NCBI GenBank assembly: GCA_965116025.1
Contig: OZ220480.1
Location: 992,001 to 1,056,000, forward strand
Origin: an uncultured candidatus Porisulfidus sp.
GTDB taxonomy: Bacteria; Pseudomonadota; Gammaproteobacteria; Poriferisulfidales; Poriferisulfidaceae
Length of the DNA: 64,000 bases
Direction of reading: 5' to 3'
Each line of letters begins with the position of its first letter. The first letter of the stretch is position 1. The notes under the pieces were generated by a model. The model was not told the origin of the DNA, ran no database searches, and saw nothing but the letters and a program-made list of their open reading frames with translations. Of the stretch, positions 50,635 to 60,092 are shown in pieces. The translations under genes and the position numbers were made by a program.

Positions 50635-51275
50635 GGGACTACGCGTGGCGCGTCACTATTGTAGAGAGATTCCGCGGAGTCGGGATCGACGTGCGGCCGC
50701 GCCGCGAATAGGTGGTAGCCGACCTGCCCGGCCTGCCGAGACTTTAGCGGGGTCCAGCGGGTGGGGACCCGCGCGGACCAGTCGGCGGGAGATTCAATGT
50801 AGACGAGGCTGGTTTTCTTCAGGGCCCGAGAGGCCGCGAGATGGGTGCAAACCGTCTCGATCAGGTCGGGGCCGGACGCGAAGGGGGGATCAAGGAACAG
50901 GATATCGACCGGGTCGCGTAGGCGGTCGATGTAGGCTCGCGCCCGGGCGTGAACGACCTCGACTCGCGTAGTGGAGAGGTTTTCCACTTCTTGGCGCAGG
51001 CGCCTAGCGACCTCTCGATCACGATCGACCAGCGTCACGCGCCGGGCGCCGCGCGAGGCGGCCTCGAAACCTAGCGCGCCGCTGCCAGCGTACAAGTCGA
51101 CGCATTCGGCGCTCTCGATGCTTCCGGCCAGCCAGTTGAACAGCGTCTCGCGGACGCGGGCGGGAGTTGGCCGAACCGAAGGAAGGGAAGGGACTTGGAG
51201 ATAACGTCCGCGCCAAGCGCCGGCGATGATGCGAACGCGTCGCGGCGGTCGTCCCCTAGGGCGGGTTTTGGCCAC
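50631..51275 (-). CDS. rsmD: 16S rRNA m2G966 methyltransferase
   Basis: RIIAG.WRGR, RPT..RVRETLFNWL, DLYAGSGALG.EA.SRGA, DPPF. Confidence 0.93.
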   Translation of the reverse strand: MAKTRPRGRPPRRVRIIAGAWRGRYLQVPSLPSVRPTPARVRETLFNWLAGSIESAECVDLYAGSGALGFEAASRGARRVTLVDRDREVARRLRQEVENLSTTRVEVVHARARAYIDRLRDPVDILFLDPPFASGPDLIETVCTHLAASRALKKTSLVYIESPADWSARVPTRWTPLKSRQAGQVGYHLFAARPHVDPDSAESLYNSDAPRVVP

Positions 51276-52566
51276 CGACGATCACCGTGATCATGCGGTC
51301 AGGGTCCAGCCGGCTTTGGAAAGCCGAGACGATTCGCTCGTGGCTGATGGCGCCGATGCGGTCCGTCCAGGTATCCAAGTAGTCCAGTGGAAGGCCGTAA
51401 TACCCGATCATCGCTAGGTAGCCGATCATGCTGGCGTTGTCCGCGATTCGCAAAGGAAAGCCCAGAATCATGCTGTCGCGGCTATGCGCGAGCTCTTCCT
51501 CGGTTGGTCCATCGGCCACGAAGCGGCGGATTTCCGCGTAGGCGGCCTCCAGGGCGAGATCGACTTGATCTTTGCGCGTCTGAAATCCCAGCCGGAAAGG
51601 CCCGCTATGCCGCAGGGGAAAGAAGTAGCTGTAGACAGAGTAGGCGAGACCTCGTTCGTTGCGGATTTCCAGCATCAGGCGCGAGGAGAACCCGCCGCCG
51701 CCCAAGGTGTAGTTCCCGAGATACAGAGGAAAGTGGGATGGTTCTCCGCGGGCGACGCCTTGCTGGCCGATTAGGACATGCGCCTGCTCGGACGGATGCG
51801 GAATGGTCACGGTCCGCGATTCGGTAGGCGCGGTGGGCGGGGGCAGCGGCTTCGGGGCCGGGCCGCTGGGCAACGCGCTAGTGACGCGGTTCGCGATATC
51901 TTCGGCCTCGTCCCGGCTGACCGCTCCCACCATCGCCAAGATCGCGCCGCCGGAAGCGAAAAACCTTCGGTAGAACCTCTCGACGTCGGCCCGGGTGATG
52001 GCGGCGAGAGAATCCGCCGTTCCCGCGACGGGCGAGGAGTAGGGGTGTCCCGGGTAAACGGCTTGGTAGAAAGACCGTTTAGCGATCGCGCCGGGGTCCT
52101 CTTCCAGCCTCTTCAGCATGACTTTCATCTGTTGCCGACGGCGCTCCAGTTGCGACTCGGGAAACGTGGGCTGGCCCAGCGCCGTGACGAAGACGTCCAA
52201 GGCTTGATCAAGCCATTCGGGTTCCACCAGGGTTCGCAGGGACACCCGGGAGCGGTCCAGCAGGACCTCGGCGTTGTAGCTGGCTCCGACATCCTCGAAG
52301 CGCTGGGCGATGGCGTCCGCGTCCAAGTTCCCGGCGCCGGTGTTGAGCAAGGAATGCGTGATCTGCGACAGGCCTGGCAACGCGCCGTCGCGACTGTTCC
52401 CGGCGTCCAGCACGAGCTGGATATCCAGCATGGGAATTTGCGGGGCGGCGATGAAGAACACCGGAGTCCCGCTGTCGCTTTCCCAGTGCTGGACGCGTGG
52501 GCCGGATTGCGCTTGCGCGCTGACGGCGAGAGCCAGCAGGAGACTGGCCGAAAAAGCTCGGATCAT
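51256..52566 (-). CDS. M16 family peptidase, non-catalytic subunit
   Basis: Signal peptide; HPY, LGGGGFSSRL..EIR.ERGLAYS; no HxxEH; start ATG 52566. Confidence 0.88.
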   Translation of the reverse strand: MIRAFSASLLLALAVSAQAQSGPRVQHWESDSGTPVFFIAAPQIPMLDIQLVLDAGNSRDGALPGLSQITHSLLNTGAGNLDADAIAQRFEDVGASYNAEVLLDRSRVSLRTLVEPEWLDQALDVFVTALGQPTFPESQLERRRQQMKVMLKRLEEDPGAIAKRSFYQAVYPGHPYSSPVAGTADSLAAITRADVERFYRRFFASGGAILAMVGAVSRDEAEDIANRVTSALPSGPAPKPLPPPTAPTESRTVTIPHPSEQAHVLIGQQGVARGEPSHFPLYLGNYTLGGGGFSSRLMLEIRNERGLAYSVYSYFFPLRHSGPFRLGFQTRKDQVDLALEAAYAEIRRFVADGPTEEELAHSRDSMILGFPLRIADNASMIGYLAMIGYYGLPLDYLDTWTDRIGAISHERIVSAFQSRLDPDRMITVIVGGQNPP

Positions 52567-52568
52567 CG

Positions 52569-53927
52569 TCAAGGGGCCGGCGCGCGGGCGACGTTGAGAG
52601 GATGGATGGCGACCGTGGTGCGGGTATTCTCGGTCAGGTAGCGCTGGGCGACCTCCCGCACCTGGGCGGCGGTGACCGCCTGATAGCCGGCGATCAGCTT
52701 CCGCTCGGTCTCCCAGCCGAGGCCGTTCGTTTCGAGCATTCCGATCATGTACGCGCGATGCCGGAGGGAATCTTGGGCGTAAACCATGTGGGCGATCACT
52801 TGGGCGCGTGCGCGCCGCAATTCCGCCTCGGTGACGGGCCGCTCCCGCAGTTCGGCGATTTCCGCGAGCAAGGCCCGCTTCATCCCCTCCGCCGTATGCC
52901 CCGGGCTGGGCGTCGCGTCCAGGACGAGCAGGCTGTCGAGAGCGCTGTACAGAGAATAGGAGGCGCTGGCGCCGGCCGCGATTCTCTGGTCGCGGACCAG
53001 GCGCTTGGGCAGGCGCGCGGCGTTGCCGCCGTCCAGAATGGAGGTCAGCATGGACAGCGCGTAGGCTTCCCAGCGCTGCTTCTCGGGCAGGCGCGCCAAG
53101 GCGGGGACCTTGTAGCCGATGAGCAGGCGCTCGGTTTGGGCGGGAATGTTCAGGACGACATCGCGCGGACCTCGTTGCGCTGGTTCCCGGCGCTTTGGCG
53201 CGGGAGCGACCTCGCGCTTCGGGATGGAGCCGAAGCGCTTCTCGGCCATCTCGAAGATTCGCTCCGGATCGACATCGCCGACCACCACTAGGCGCGCGTT
53301 GCCGGGCGCGTACCAGCGTTGGTGCCAGTCGCGTATCCGTTTCTGGTCCAGTTGCGCTATGTCGTCCATCCAACCGATCACGGGTTGCCCGTACGGATGG
53401 TTCTGGAACGCGGTCGCTTGCAGTTGCTCGAAAGCGTACGCGTCAGGCTGATCCTCGGTGCGCAGGCGGCGCTCCTCTTTCACGACCTCCAATTCTTTCT
53501 GGAGATCCGATTCGTTAAGAAGCGGGCTCTGCATGCGGTCGGCCTCCATCTCCATCGCGACCTCAAGCTGATCGCGCCCGAGGATCTGGTAGTACGCCGT
53601 GTAGTCGCGACCGGTAAAGGCGTTGTCGCGCCCGCCGAGAGAGGCGATGGTGTGGCTGAAAGCTTCGCCGGGATAGCGCTCGGTGCCCCGGAACATCATA
53701 TGCTCGAGCGCGTGGCTGATGCCCGTTTGTCCCGGAGACTCATGGGCGGATCCTACTCCGTACCAGAGTTGCTGGACGGCCACCGGAGCCCGCGCGTCAG
53801 GCTGAACAAGCACTTTCAGGCCATTGTCTAGGGTGTGGCTGAACACGGTGGACGGCTCCGCTGCCCCCGCGCCAGGCAGCGTGAGGGTCGCTAGGAGAAG
53901 CGGAAAGGAAAATCGCCGGACCATCAT
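52569..53927 (-). CDS. M16 family zinc peptidase, catalytic subunit
   Basis: HALEHMMF, NAFT, VKEERR, HPYG.PVIGW. Confidence 0.92.
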   Translation of the reverse strand: MMVRRFSFPLLLATLTLPGAGAAEPSTVFSHTLDNGLKVLVQPDARAPVAVQQLWYGVGSAHESPGQTGISHALEHMMFRGTERYPGEAFSHTIASLGGRDNAFTGRDYTAYYQILGRDQLEVAMEMEADRMQSPLLNESDLQKELEVVKEERRLRTEDQPDAYAFEQLQATAFQNHPYGQPVIGWMDDIAQLDQKRIRDWHQRWYAPGNARLVVVGDVDPERIFEMAEKRFGSIPKREVAPAPKRREPAQRGPRDVVLNIPAQTERLLIGYKVPALARLPEKQRWEAYALSMLTSILDGGNAARLPKRLVRDQRIAAGASASYSLYSALDSLLVLDATPSPGHTAEGMKRALLAEIAELRERPVTEAELRRARAQVIAHMVYAQDSLRHRAYMIGMLETNGLGWETERKLIAGYQAVTAAQVREVAQRYLTENTRTTVAIHPLNVARAPAP

Positions 53928-53954
53928 CGCGGAGTATTATAGGAGCGCTTGCGC

Positions 53955-54983
53955 ATGATCGGAGAAATACGTGAAACAGTCAAAGGGATTCTCGATATGA
54001 CCGGGCGAGTCGCCGCCGTCGCTGAAGCTCGCGCCGAGCGTAGGCCAGTCGCCGCGCCGAAAAAATCCTTTTCGTCATTCGACAGAATCGTTACCGGCGA
54101 TTCGAGAAAGGTGTTAGCCACTTTGCCTGAAGAAAGCGTGGACTTAAGCTTCTGGTCCCCACCCTACTGTGTAGGGAAATCCTACGAGAAGCACTTAAGC
54201 TTTCCCGGTTGGCGAAATCTTGTTCGCGAGGTGGTTCATCAACACAAGAGGATTTTGCGGGTGGGCGGGTTTCTCGCCGTCAACATCGCCGACATTTTGT
54301 GTTTCCCCGACGCTGATATGCCCAGATTCCAGGCCAACAACGTCAATGGCAAAAAAAGTGGCGTGACGAAAGCGCAGATATTGAAAGTCCTTGAGGATCG
54401 GCCTTACGCGAGCCGCCAGGAATTGGCCAAGGTTTTCGGATGCTCGGAGCAAACCATCCAGCGTCGCGTTGAAAACAATAACGCGCGTGGCGGGAAGCGG
54501 GAGCCGGCGACCAAGGTGTTGCTGACCGGAAGCATGGTCGCCGAGTGGGCCGAGCGGGCGGGATTGTATCTGTACGATCAAAGGATATGGCATAAGGATC
54601 CCTGCTGGACGAACTGCAGGTGGCACTCCAATTCGTATCGCGCCATTGACGAGTTTGAGCACGTATACGTCTTCTGGAAACCGGGAGTCGTCGAATATGA
54701 GCGCGACCGATTAACCGATCAGGAATGGTCGGAATGGGGATCCAGAGGAGTTTGGAGGATCGCGTCGGTTCGCCGAAATGATCGGCATGAGGCGGAGTTC
54801 CCAGAAAAACTGGCGGAACGAGTCATAAGGCTGTTCTCCCCCAAGGGTGGCATCGTCATAGACCCGTTCGTCGGAACTGGAACGACGACCGCGGTGGCGA
54901 AGAAACTTGGCCGCGGATGGTTGGGTATTGACGCGCAGGCGGAATACGCGCGGATCGCGAGGCGGCGAACGAATGTCGCATGA
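53955..54983 (+). CDS. Site-specific DNA methyltransferase (beta class, probably N4-cytosine) with internal HTH
   Basis: Motif IV SPPY N-terminal; H.A.FP; motif I DPFVGTGTT C-terminal; SD AGGAG at 53941. Confidence 0.88.
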   Translation: MIGEIRETVKGILDMTGRVAAVAEARAERRPVAAPKKSFSSFDRIVTGDSRKVLATLPEESVDLSFWSPPYCVGKSYEKHLSFPGWRNLVREVVHQHKRILRVGGFLAVNIADILCFPDADMPRFQANNVNGKKSGVTKAQILKVLEDRPYASRQELAKVFGCSEQTIQRRVENNNARGGKREPATKVLLTGSMVAEWAERAGLYLYDQRIWHKDPCWTNCRWHSNSYRAIDEFEHVYVFWKPGVVEYERDRLTDQEWSEWGSRGVWRIASVRRNDRHEAEFPEKLAERVIRLFSPKGGIVIDPFVGTGTTTAVAKKLGRGWLGIDAQAEYARIARRRTNVA

Positions 54984-55638
54984 GAATATCGAGCGGTTGG
55001 AGCGGGCCGTGCTGGCTTTGGTCGTCCAGGCCTTGACCGATTACCGGCGGAATGCCGCGACGATCTTTCGGGAAGAGACCGATCAGCCGCAGGACATAGC
55101 CGAAGACATCACGCGCGAGGCGATCGAGTCGATGGGCGTCTCCGGGGTCCGTGATCGGCTTTACGGAAAAGCGGATATCAAGAAAGCCATCTATGTCTTT
55201 CTTCCCGAGCCGGTTGAAGTGGCCTTGATGCTTGACGCCAAAGCGGAAAAACAGAATGGTGACAGCACCGCGACGATACAAATGTCTCAAACATCGATGC
55301 GCGTGAAAATGATGCGGGTGGGTGAAGCGGTCGACGAGCGAGGGAAGCTCGAAAAGGTGATTCGGCGGGATGGTCGCGCGTATCAGGTGGTCACCATCAT
55401 CGTGAAATACGTGTACGAAGAGGTTGGAGAAGGGCAACGACTTCGCCGGATGATCGCCGCATGCATGCCCAACGGGGCTCTGCAGGACGAATATAATCCG
55501 ACTCCCGAGGACACGATTTGGCTTGCCGGGCGGAACGCGCCCACTCTTGGAGAGGGTTTCAGGGCGCGGCTGAGCTATGAGAAGCTTCGAGACAAGGCGG
55601 CATGGCGTGTGCGGGAGATTGATCTGGCAAGATCATGA
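54973..55638 (+). CDS. SfiI-family type II restriction endonuclease
   Basis: VVQAL..Y, AEDIT, LMLDAKAE, YNP.PEDT, WRV match my recollection of SfiI; overlaps the MTase stop. Confidence 0.75.
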   Translation: MSHENIERLERAVLALVVQALTDYRRNAATIFREETDQPQDIAEDITREAIESMGVSGVRDRLYGKADIKKAIYVFLPEPVEVALMLDAKAEKQNGDSTATIQMSQTSMRVKMMRVGEAVDERGKLEKVIRRDGRAYQVVTIIVKYVYEEVGEGQRLRRMIAACMPNGALQDEYNPTPEDTIWLAGRNAPTLGEGFRARLSYEKLRDKAAWRVREIDLARS

Positions 55639-55912
55639 AATAGCGGGAGGGTGGACGTTTGACCCAAGGGCTGAATGTCAGAGGAAGTCCCCAAGGAATC
55701 CTCTGGCGGGGTTAATCAGAAGAGCTTCTTGGCCAGCTTCTCTCCGCAAGATATCAATCGAACATGTTCCTTCTTTCCATGGAATCTGATCATGCTCGAC
55801 CGGTTCCTCAGCTTCTTCCGTTCATGCTTGGGCACGCTTCCAGAAACTGCGATTGGTCGGAATTTCCCGCCAATTCTAAGCAAAGCGGAATCGGCTTTCG
55901 GATTGATCGAGA

Positions 55913-56428
55913 TCAACGTCCGATGTCAGGCTGTCTGAACGTGCCTTTGCTACGCTCCGCCGTGTGATCACGGATGGCATCGGCGATGGGTGCTAAATTA
56001 GCTGGACCGGAAAATGTGCCGTCATCCAGCAATTCGGTAATTTCATCCGCATCCATGTCCGCGAGCCGCTTGAATACGCGGGGGATAGAATTCGCGCGCC
56101 CGCTCGACTTGACCAACTCGACATTATGGATACTGCAAAACTCCCGAATGTCTCCAATGCTAGGAAGGAACGCTTTTTTGTCGAAATATTGCGCTGCTCG
56201 GTTCATGGCCTTCGCGTTGCCCGAGGAAAGCTTCATTCTGCGGACGTAATCGACAGCGGAGAGCGTACTGCTCGTACCGTGCGTGCGCCGTGGAGTCGTT
56301 GCGGTAGATTCCTTTACTTCTGGAATGCTAGCGAGGCCACGCAACACCGACCTCATACCATAACGACGTACCAACGTCTCTAATGTTTCGGTTAGTCCAT
56401 GTTGCGGGATCGGAGTTTTATCAGACAT
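55913..56428 (-). CDS. Hypothetical protein (171 aa) coupled to ParA
   Basis: ATG one base after the ParA stop (TGA-A-ATG); no family recognised. Confidence 0.75.
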   Translation of the reverse strand: MSDKTPIPQHGLTETLETLVRRYGMRSVLRGLASIPEVKESTATTPRRTHGTSSTLSAVDYVRRMKLSSGNAKAMNRAAQYFDKKAFLPSIGDIREFCSIHNVELVKSSGRANSIPRVFKRLADMDADEITELLDDGTFSGPANLAPIADAIRDHTAERSKGTFRQPDIGR

Positions 56429-56429
56429 T

Positions 56430-57281
56430 TCAATGTGGCTCCATCTCCAAGAGCTCAAAAAACTCCTGGGCAAATAGATCGAATTGGTCTGCATTACCAA
56501 GCGAACTGCTTCTGTCTCCTCTCATTAATTTTGGAAAGCCTCTTGAATGAGGAATTTCTTTTTGAAAAATATGCCAGTCGTTCTTGTTCGCTTCTTTAAT
56601 TATCTCGGACATAGCGTGTTGTTTTTCTGGTCCGCCGTCATTTCCTCCGTCATAGAATCCATTATTGATGACAATACCTATAATCTCAATACGATGAGAG
56701 GGGTTTTCGCTCTGAAATGTATTTAGCGATTTCGCAAGCATCGGAAATCCGATGGTAGCGAAATACTCGGGCCGCACAGGAATCAAGACATAGCGAGACG
56801 CATGGTATGCCGCACGAGTGAAAACCGATTCAGTGGGGGGGCAATCGATTAAGACGATATCTTTTTCTTGGAAATGCTCTGTAATGTATCGTGCGAGAAC
56901 CTTTGGATCTGGTTTCAATGCTCGAACTAGATTGTCGGAAAAGTCGAATCTAGAAGGGATATAGGAAAGCGTCTTCTTTGGTTGTGTTTTCTGGACCGTG
57001 TCGGCAGGATCAAGCGGAGCGGGTGATTTTCGCTTTCCAGTAGGAGGGCGGTAGCCATTGAAAATCTCTACGATGGATGGCTGCTCACTTTTGAGAAATC
57101 GCGCATAGGCATCACCCATGTACGCTTGGCTCAGGTTCGCTTGCGGATCCAAATCGACAGCCAAGACGCGCTGGGATTTGCGAGCCGCATATCGTCCTAA
57201 AAGCGCGGTGATTGTTGTCTTTCCGACACCACCTTTCATGTTGATCACTGACACGCATACGGGTCCGCGTTCGGTAGCCAC
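56430..57281 (-). CDS. ParA/Soj-family ATPase (orphan, no ParB)
   Basis: Deviant Walker A NMKGGVGKTT, DLDPQANLS, IDCPP; SD AGGAGA + GTG 57281; AT-richer than flanks. Confidence 0.9.
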   Translation of the reverse strand: MATERGPVCVSVINMKGGVGKTTITALLGRYAARKSQRVLAVDLDPQANLSQAYMGDAYARFLKSEQPSIVEIFNGYRPPTGKRKSPAPLDPADTVQKTQPKKTLSYIPSRFDFSDNLVRALKPDPKVLARYITEHFQEKDIVLIDCPPTESVFTRAAYHASRYVLIPVRPEYFATIGFPMLAKSLNTFQSENPSHRIEIIGIVINNGFYDGGNDGGPEKQHAMSEIIKEANKNDWHIFQKEIPHSRGFPKLMRGDRSSSLGNADQFDLFAQEFFELLEMEPH

Positions 57282-57499
57282 TGTTCGGTCTCCTGCCAAA
57301 TCGATTCTAGCGTGAACTCGGATTATACTGGACGATCAGGATGATCCTTCTATCCAAGGTCCAATAGGCTCGAGTACCTTATTTTGACCATGCACGCGCG
57401 AGTTTCAGGCGAGAAGGAAGACTGGAAAGTTTGGCGAAATTATTCTAGAATAGGAGGGTCGAGGACGGACGAGACGTTCCGCCTTGGGAGGAGGATGAT

Positions 57500-58351
57500 A
57501 TGTCGCAAGAAGTTTTGGAACGCATGCCGAATCTGCCGGTCGCGGCGGGCAGTTTCGACCAGTATGTTCAGCTGGCCTACAGCCTGCCGGTCTTGAGCGC
57601 TGAAGAGGAGCGCGCGTTGGCGCTGAGCCTGCGAGAGGATGGAGACGTGGAGGCGGCCCGCAAGCTGGTGCTGCACAATCTCCGCTTCGTGATCCATGTG
57701 GCCCGCGGCTATTCCGGCTACGGCCTGCCGCTGGCCGATCTGGTCCAGGAAGGAAGCATTGGCCTGATGAAGGCGGTGAAGCGATTCGATCCCGCGGTCG
57801 GGGTGCGGCTGGTGTCTTTCGCCGTGCACTGGATTCGCGCCGAGATTCATGAATATGTTCTGCGCAACTGGCGCATCGTCAAGATGGCCACGACCAAGGC
57901 GCAGCGGAAACTGTTCTTCAACCTGCGCAAGGCGAAGAAACGTCTGGGCTGGCTGAACGAGGCGGAGGTCAGCGCGGTGGCGAGCGACCTTGGCGTGACC
58001 GCCCATGAAGTGCGGGATATGGAATCCCGTCTCCACCAGCCGGACATGTCGCTCGAGTTGGAATCCGACGACGAGGAGGCTCCGCGATCTCCGATCGCCT
58101 ACTTGTCGGCTCCGGGCGCCGACCCCGCGCCGCGAGAGGAAGCGCGGGATTACGCGCGGGTCCGTGGTGACCGATTAAGAGAGGCTTTGGCTTCTCTGGA
58201 TGAGCGTAGCCGATTGATCGTGCAGCGGCGTTGGCTCGCGGAGCCGAAGCAGACCCTGCATGATCTCGCGGAAGAGTTTGGCGTGTCGGGCGAGCGAATC
58301 CGGCAGATCGAGGCCGCCGCCATGAAGAAGCTGCGCGGCGCGCTGGCCTAG
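57500..58351 (+). CDS. rpoH: RNA polymerase sigma-32 factor
   Basis: [18 protein letters not shown], RpoH box [24 protein letters not shown]. Confidence 0.95.
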   Translation: MSQEVLERMPNLPVAAGSFDQYVQLAYSLPVLSAEEERALALSLREDGDVEAARKLVLHNLRFVIHVARGYSGYGLPLADLVQEGSIGLMKAVKRFDPAVGVRLVSFAVHWIRAEIHEYVLRNWRIVKMATTKAQRKLFFNLRKAKKRLGWLNEAEVSAVASDLGVTAHEVRDMESRLHQPDMSLELESDDEEAPRSPIAYLSAPGADPAPREEARDYARVRGDRLREALASLDERSRLIVQRRWLAEPKQTLHDLAEEFGVSGERIRQIEAAAMKKLRGALA

Positions 58352-58392
58352 CTGAGCTTCATCAAGAAGCCCGGAGTCGAGGACTCCCGGCC

Positions 58393-59676
58393 TCAAAGCA
58401 GTTTCGAGACGCCCGCTTGAATGGCGCGGGTCAGCCGTAGCAGTTCTGCCTCCCGAATGATGAATGGCGGCATCAGGTACACGAAATTCTGAAACGGACG
58501 CAACCAGACCTCGTGTCGTAAGGCCAGGTCCCGCCAAGCCGGGACGTCCACCGGTTCGGAAGTCTCCACCACCGCGAACGCGCCGAGCGCGCGAACCCTA
58601 GTCACGCCGCTCTCCAATTCGAGTGGCGACAATTCCCGGCGCAGGATTTCCTCAATCGCCGCCACCTCGGCTTTCCAGTTTCCCGATTCCAGAAGGTTCA
58701 GGCTGGCGAGGGCCGCCTGACAGGCGGTCGGGTTCGCCATGAACGTAGGTCCGTGCGGGAACGGTCCGGCCTCGCTGATGACGCGGGCGATCTCGTCGCG
58801 AACCAATGTGGCGGCCAGACTCAGCATGCCGCCCGTCAAAGCCTTGCCGACGCACATGATGTCCGGGACGACCTCCGCGCGCTCGCACGCGAACATGGTT
58901 CCGGTCCTCCCGAATCCGGTGGCGATCTCGTCGGCGATCAAGAGCGTTTCATGCCGAGCGCATGAGGCGGCGACCGATTCCAGGAACTCGGGAGCGTAGT
59001 GATGAAAACCCCCAGCGCCTTGGAGAATGGGTTCTAGCACGACTCCGGCGATCTCCCGCCGATGGGTCGCGAGGTCGGATTCGAACCGCGCGCGGGCGAC
59101 CTCCTGCTCGGTCTCGCCGCTACTCGCGTCCGGGGGTCTTGGCGTGAAGCGTTGCCGCGGGAGCAGGCCGCGGAAGCGATCATGCAGGCTGTTGTCCGGG
59201 TCGCTGACCGACATGGCGGCGAAGGTGTCTCCATGGTAGCCTCCGCGCAGGGAGAGAAAGCGGCGCTTTCGTGGGATTCCGCGCGCTTGCCAATATTGCG
59301 TGGCTAGTTTCAGGGCGACCTCGACTGAAACGGATCCGGAGTCGCAAAAGAACGCTCGGTTGAGGTCGCCCGGGGAAATTCGTGCTAGCCGCTCCGCCAG
59401 TTTCGCGGCGGGCTCGTGGGTCAGTCCCCCGAACATGACATGCGGGAGGACCTCGACCTGTTGGCGGACGGCCCGCGTCATTTTCGGATGCCGATAGCCG
59501 TGTATGGCGCACCACCAGGACGCCATGCCGTCGATCAGTCGCCGCCCGTCGGCCAGAATCAGGCGAACGCCCTCTCCGCCGACGACCGGGAGCGCCGGAA
59601 GGAGGTCAGGGGCGGTCGCGTACGGATGCCACAGGTGGCGCGAGTCCAGGGAGGCCCATGCGGGCGCGTCGCCCAT
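58393..59676 (-). CDS. bioA: Adenosylmethionine-8-amino-7-oxononanoate transaminase
   Basis: HLWHPY, DGMASWW, DSGSVSVEVALK, DEIATGFGRTG, GKALTGG. Confidence 0.95.
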   Translation of the reverse strand: MGDAPAWASLDSRHLWHPYATAPDLLPALPVVGGEGVRLILADGRRLIDGMASWWCAIHGYRHPKMTRAVRQQVEVLPHVMFGGLTHEPAAKLAERLARISPGDLNRAFFCDSGSVSVEVALKLATQYWQARGIPRKRRFLSLRGGYHGDTFAAMSVSDPDNSLHDRFRGLLPRQRFTPRPPDASSGETEQEVARARFESDLATHRREIAGVVLEPILQGAGGFHHYAPEFLESVAASCARHETLLIADEIATGFGRTGTMFACERAEVVPDIMCVGKALTGGMLSLAATLVRDEIARVISEAGPFPHGPTFMANPTACQAALASLNLLESGNWKAEVAAIEEILRRELSPLELESGVTRVRALGAFAVVETSEPVDVPAWRDLALRHEVWLRPFQNFVYLMPPFIIREAELLRLTRAIQAGVSKLL

Positions 59677-60092
59677 CAGCTTCTCATCAATTCCAGATCG
59701 TAGGTGATCTCAGCCGTCTCTCCGAGCATCAGGGAAGCGGAGCAGTACTTAGTGACCGAGAGGTGGACCGCCCGGCGCACCTGCGCTTCCGACAAGCCGT
59801 CTCCAAAGGCCCGGTAGAGCACATGGATGCGGGTGAAGACCTGCGGAACGTCCTCCGCCCGATCAGCCTCGATTTCCAGTTCCAGCCGGTCCAGCGGCTG
59901 GCGGGCTCGTTCCAGCATTCGCACGATATCGAAAGCGCTGCATCCGCCCATCCCAAGCAGCAGCATCTCCATCGGGCGCGCGGCGAGGTCGCGGCCGCCA
60001 TGCTCTGGCGCGCCATCCATCACGACCGTATGCCCGCTACCGGATTCGCCGACGAAGGTGCGGTGCTCTTGCCAAGTGACCCGGGCTTTCAT
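59676..60092 (-). CDS. OsmC family protein (YhfA-like)
   Basis: RPMEMLLLGMGGC, KYCSAS. Confidence 0.88.
   Translation of the reverse strand: MKARVTWQEHRTFVGESGSGHTVVMDGAPEHGGRDLAARPMEMLLLGMGGCSAFDIVRMLERARQPLDRLELEIEADRAEDVPQVFTRIHVLYRAFGDGLSEAQVRRAVHLSVTKYCSASLMLGETAEITYDLELMRS

Noticed and set aside
51256-53373. 705-aa ORF as one long M16 protein
   Set aside because: The N-terminal part is an off-frame overlap of the upstream M16 gene; the signal peptide begins at 52566
56430-57281. ParA as a chromosomal or plasmid partition locus
   Set aside because: No ParB, rep gene, origin-proximal genes or parS-like repeats seen
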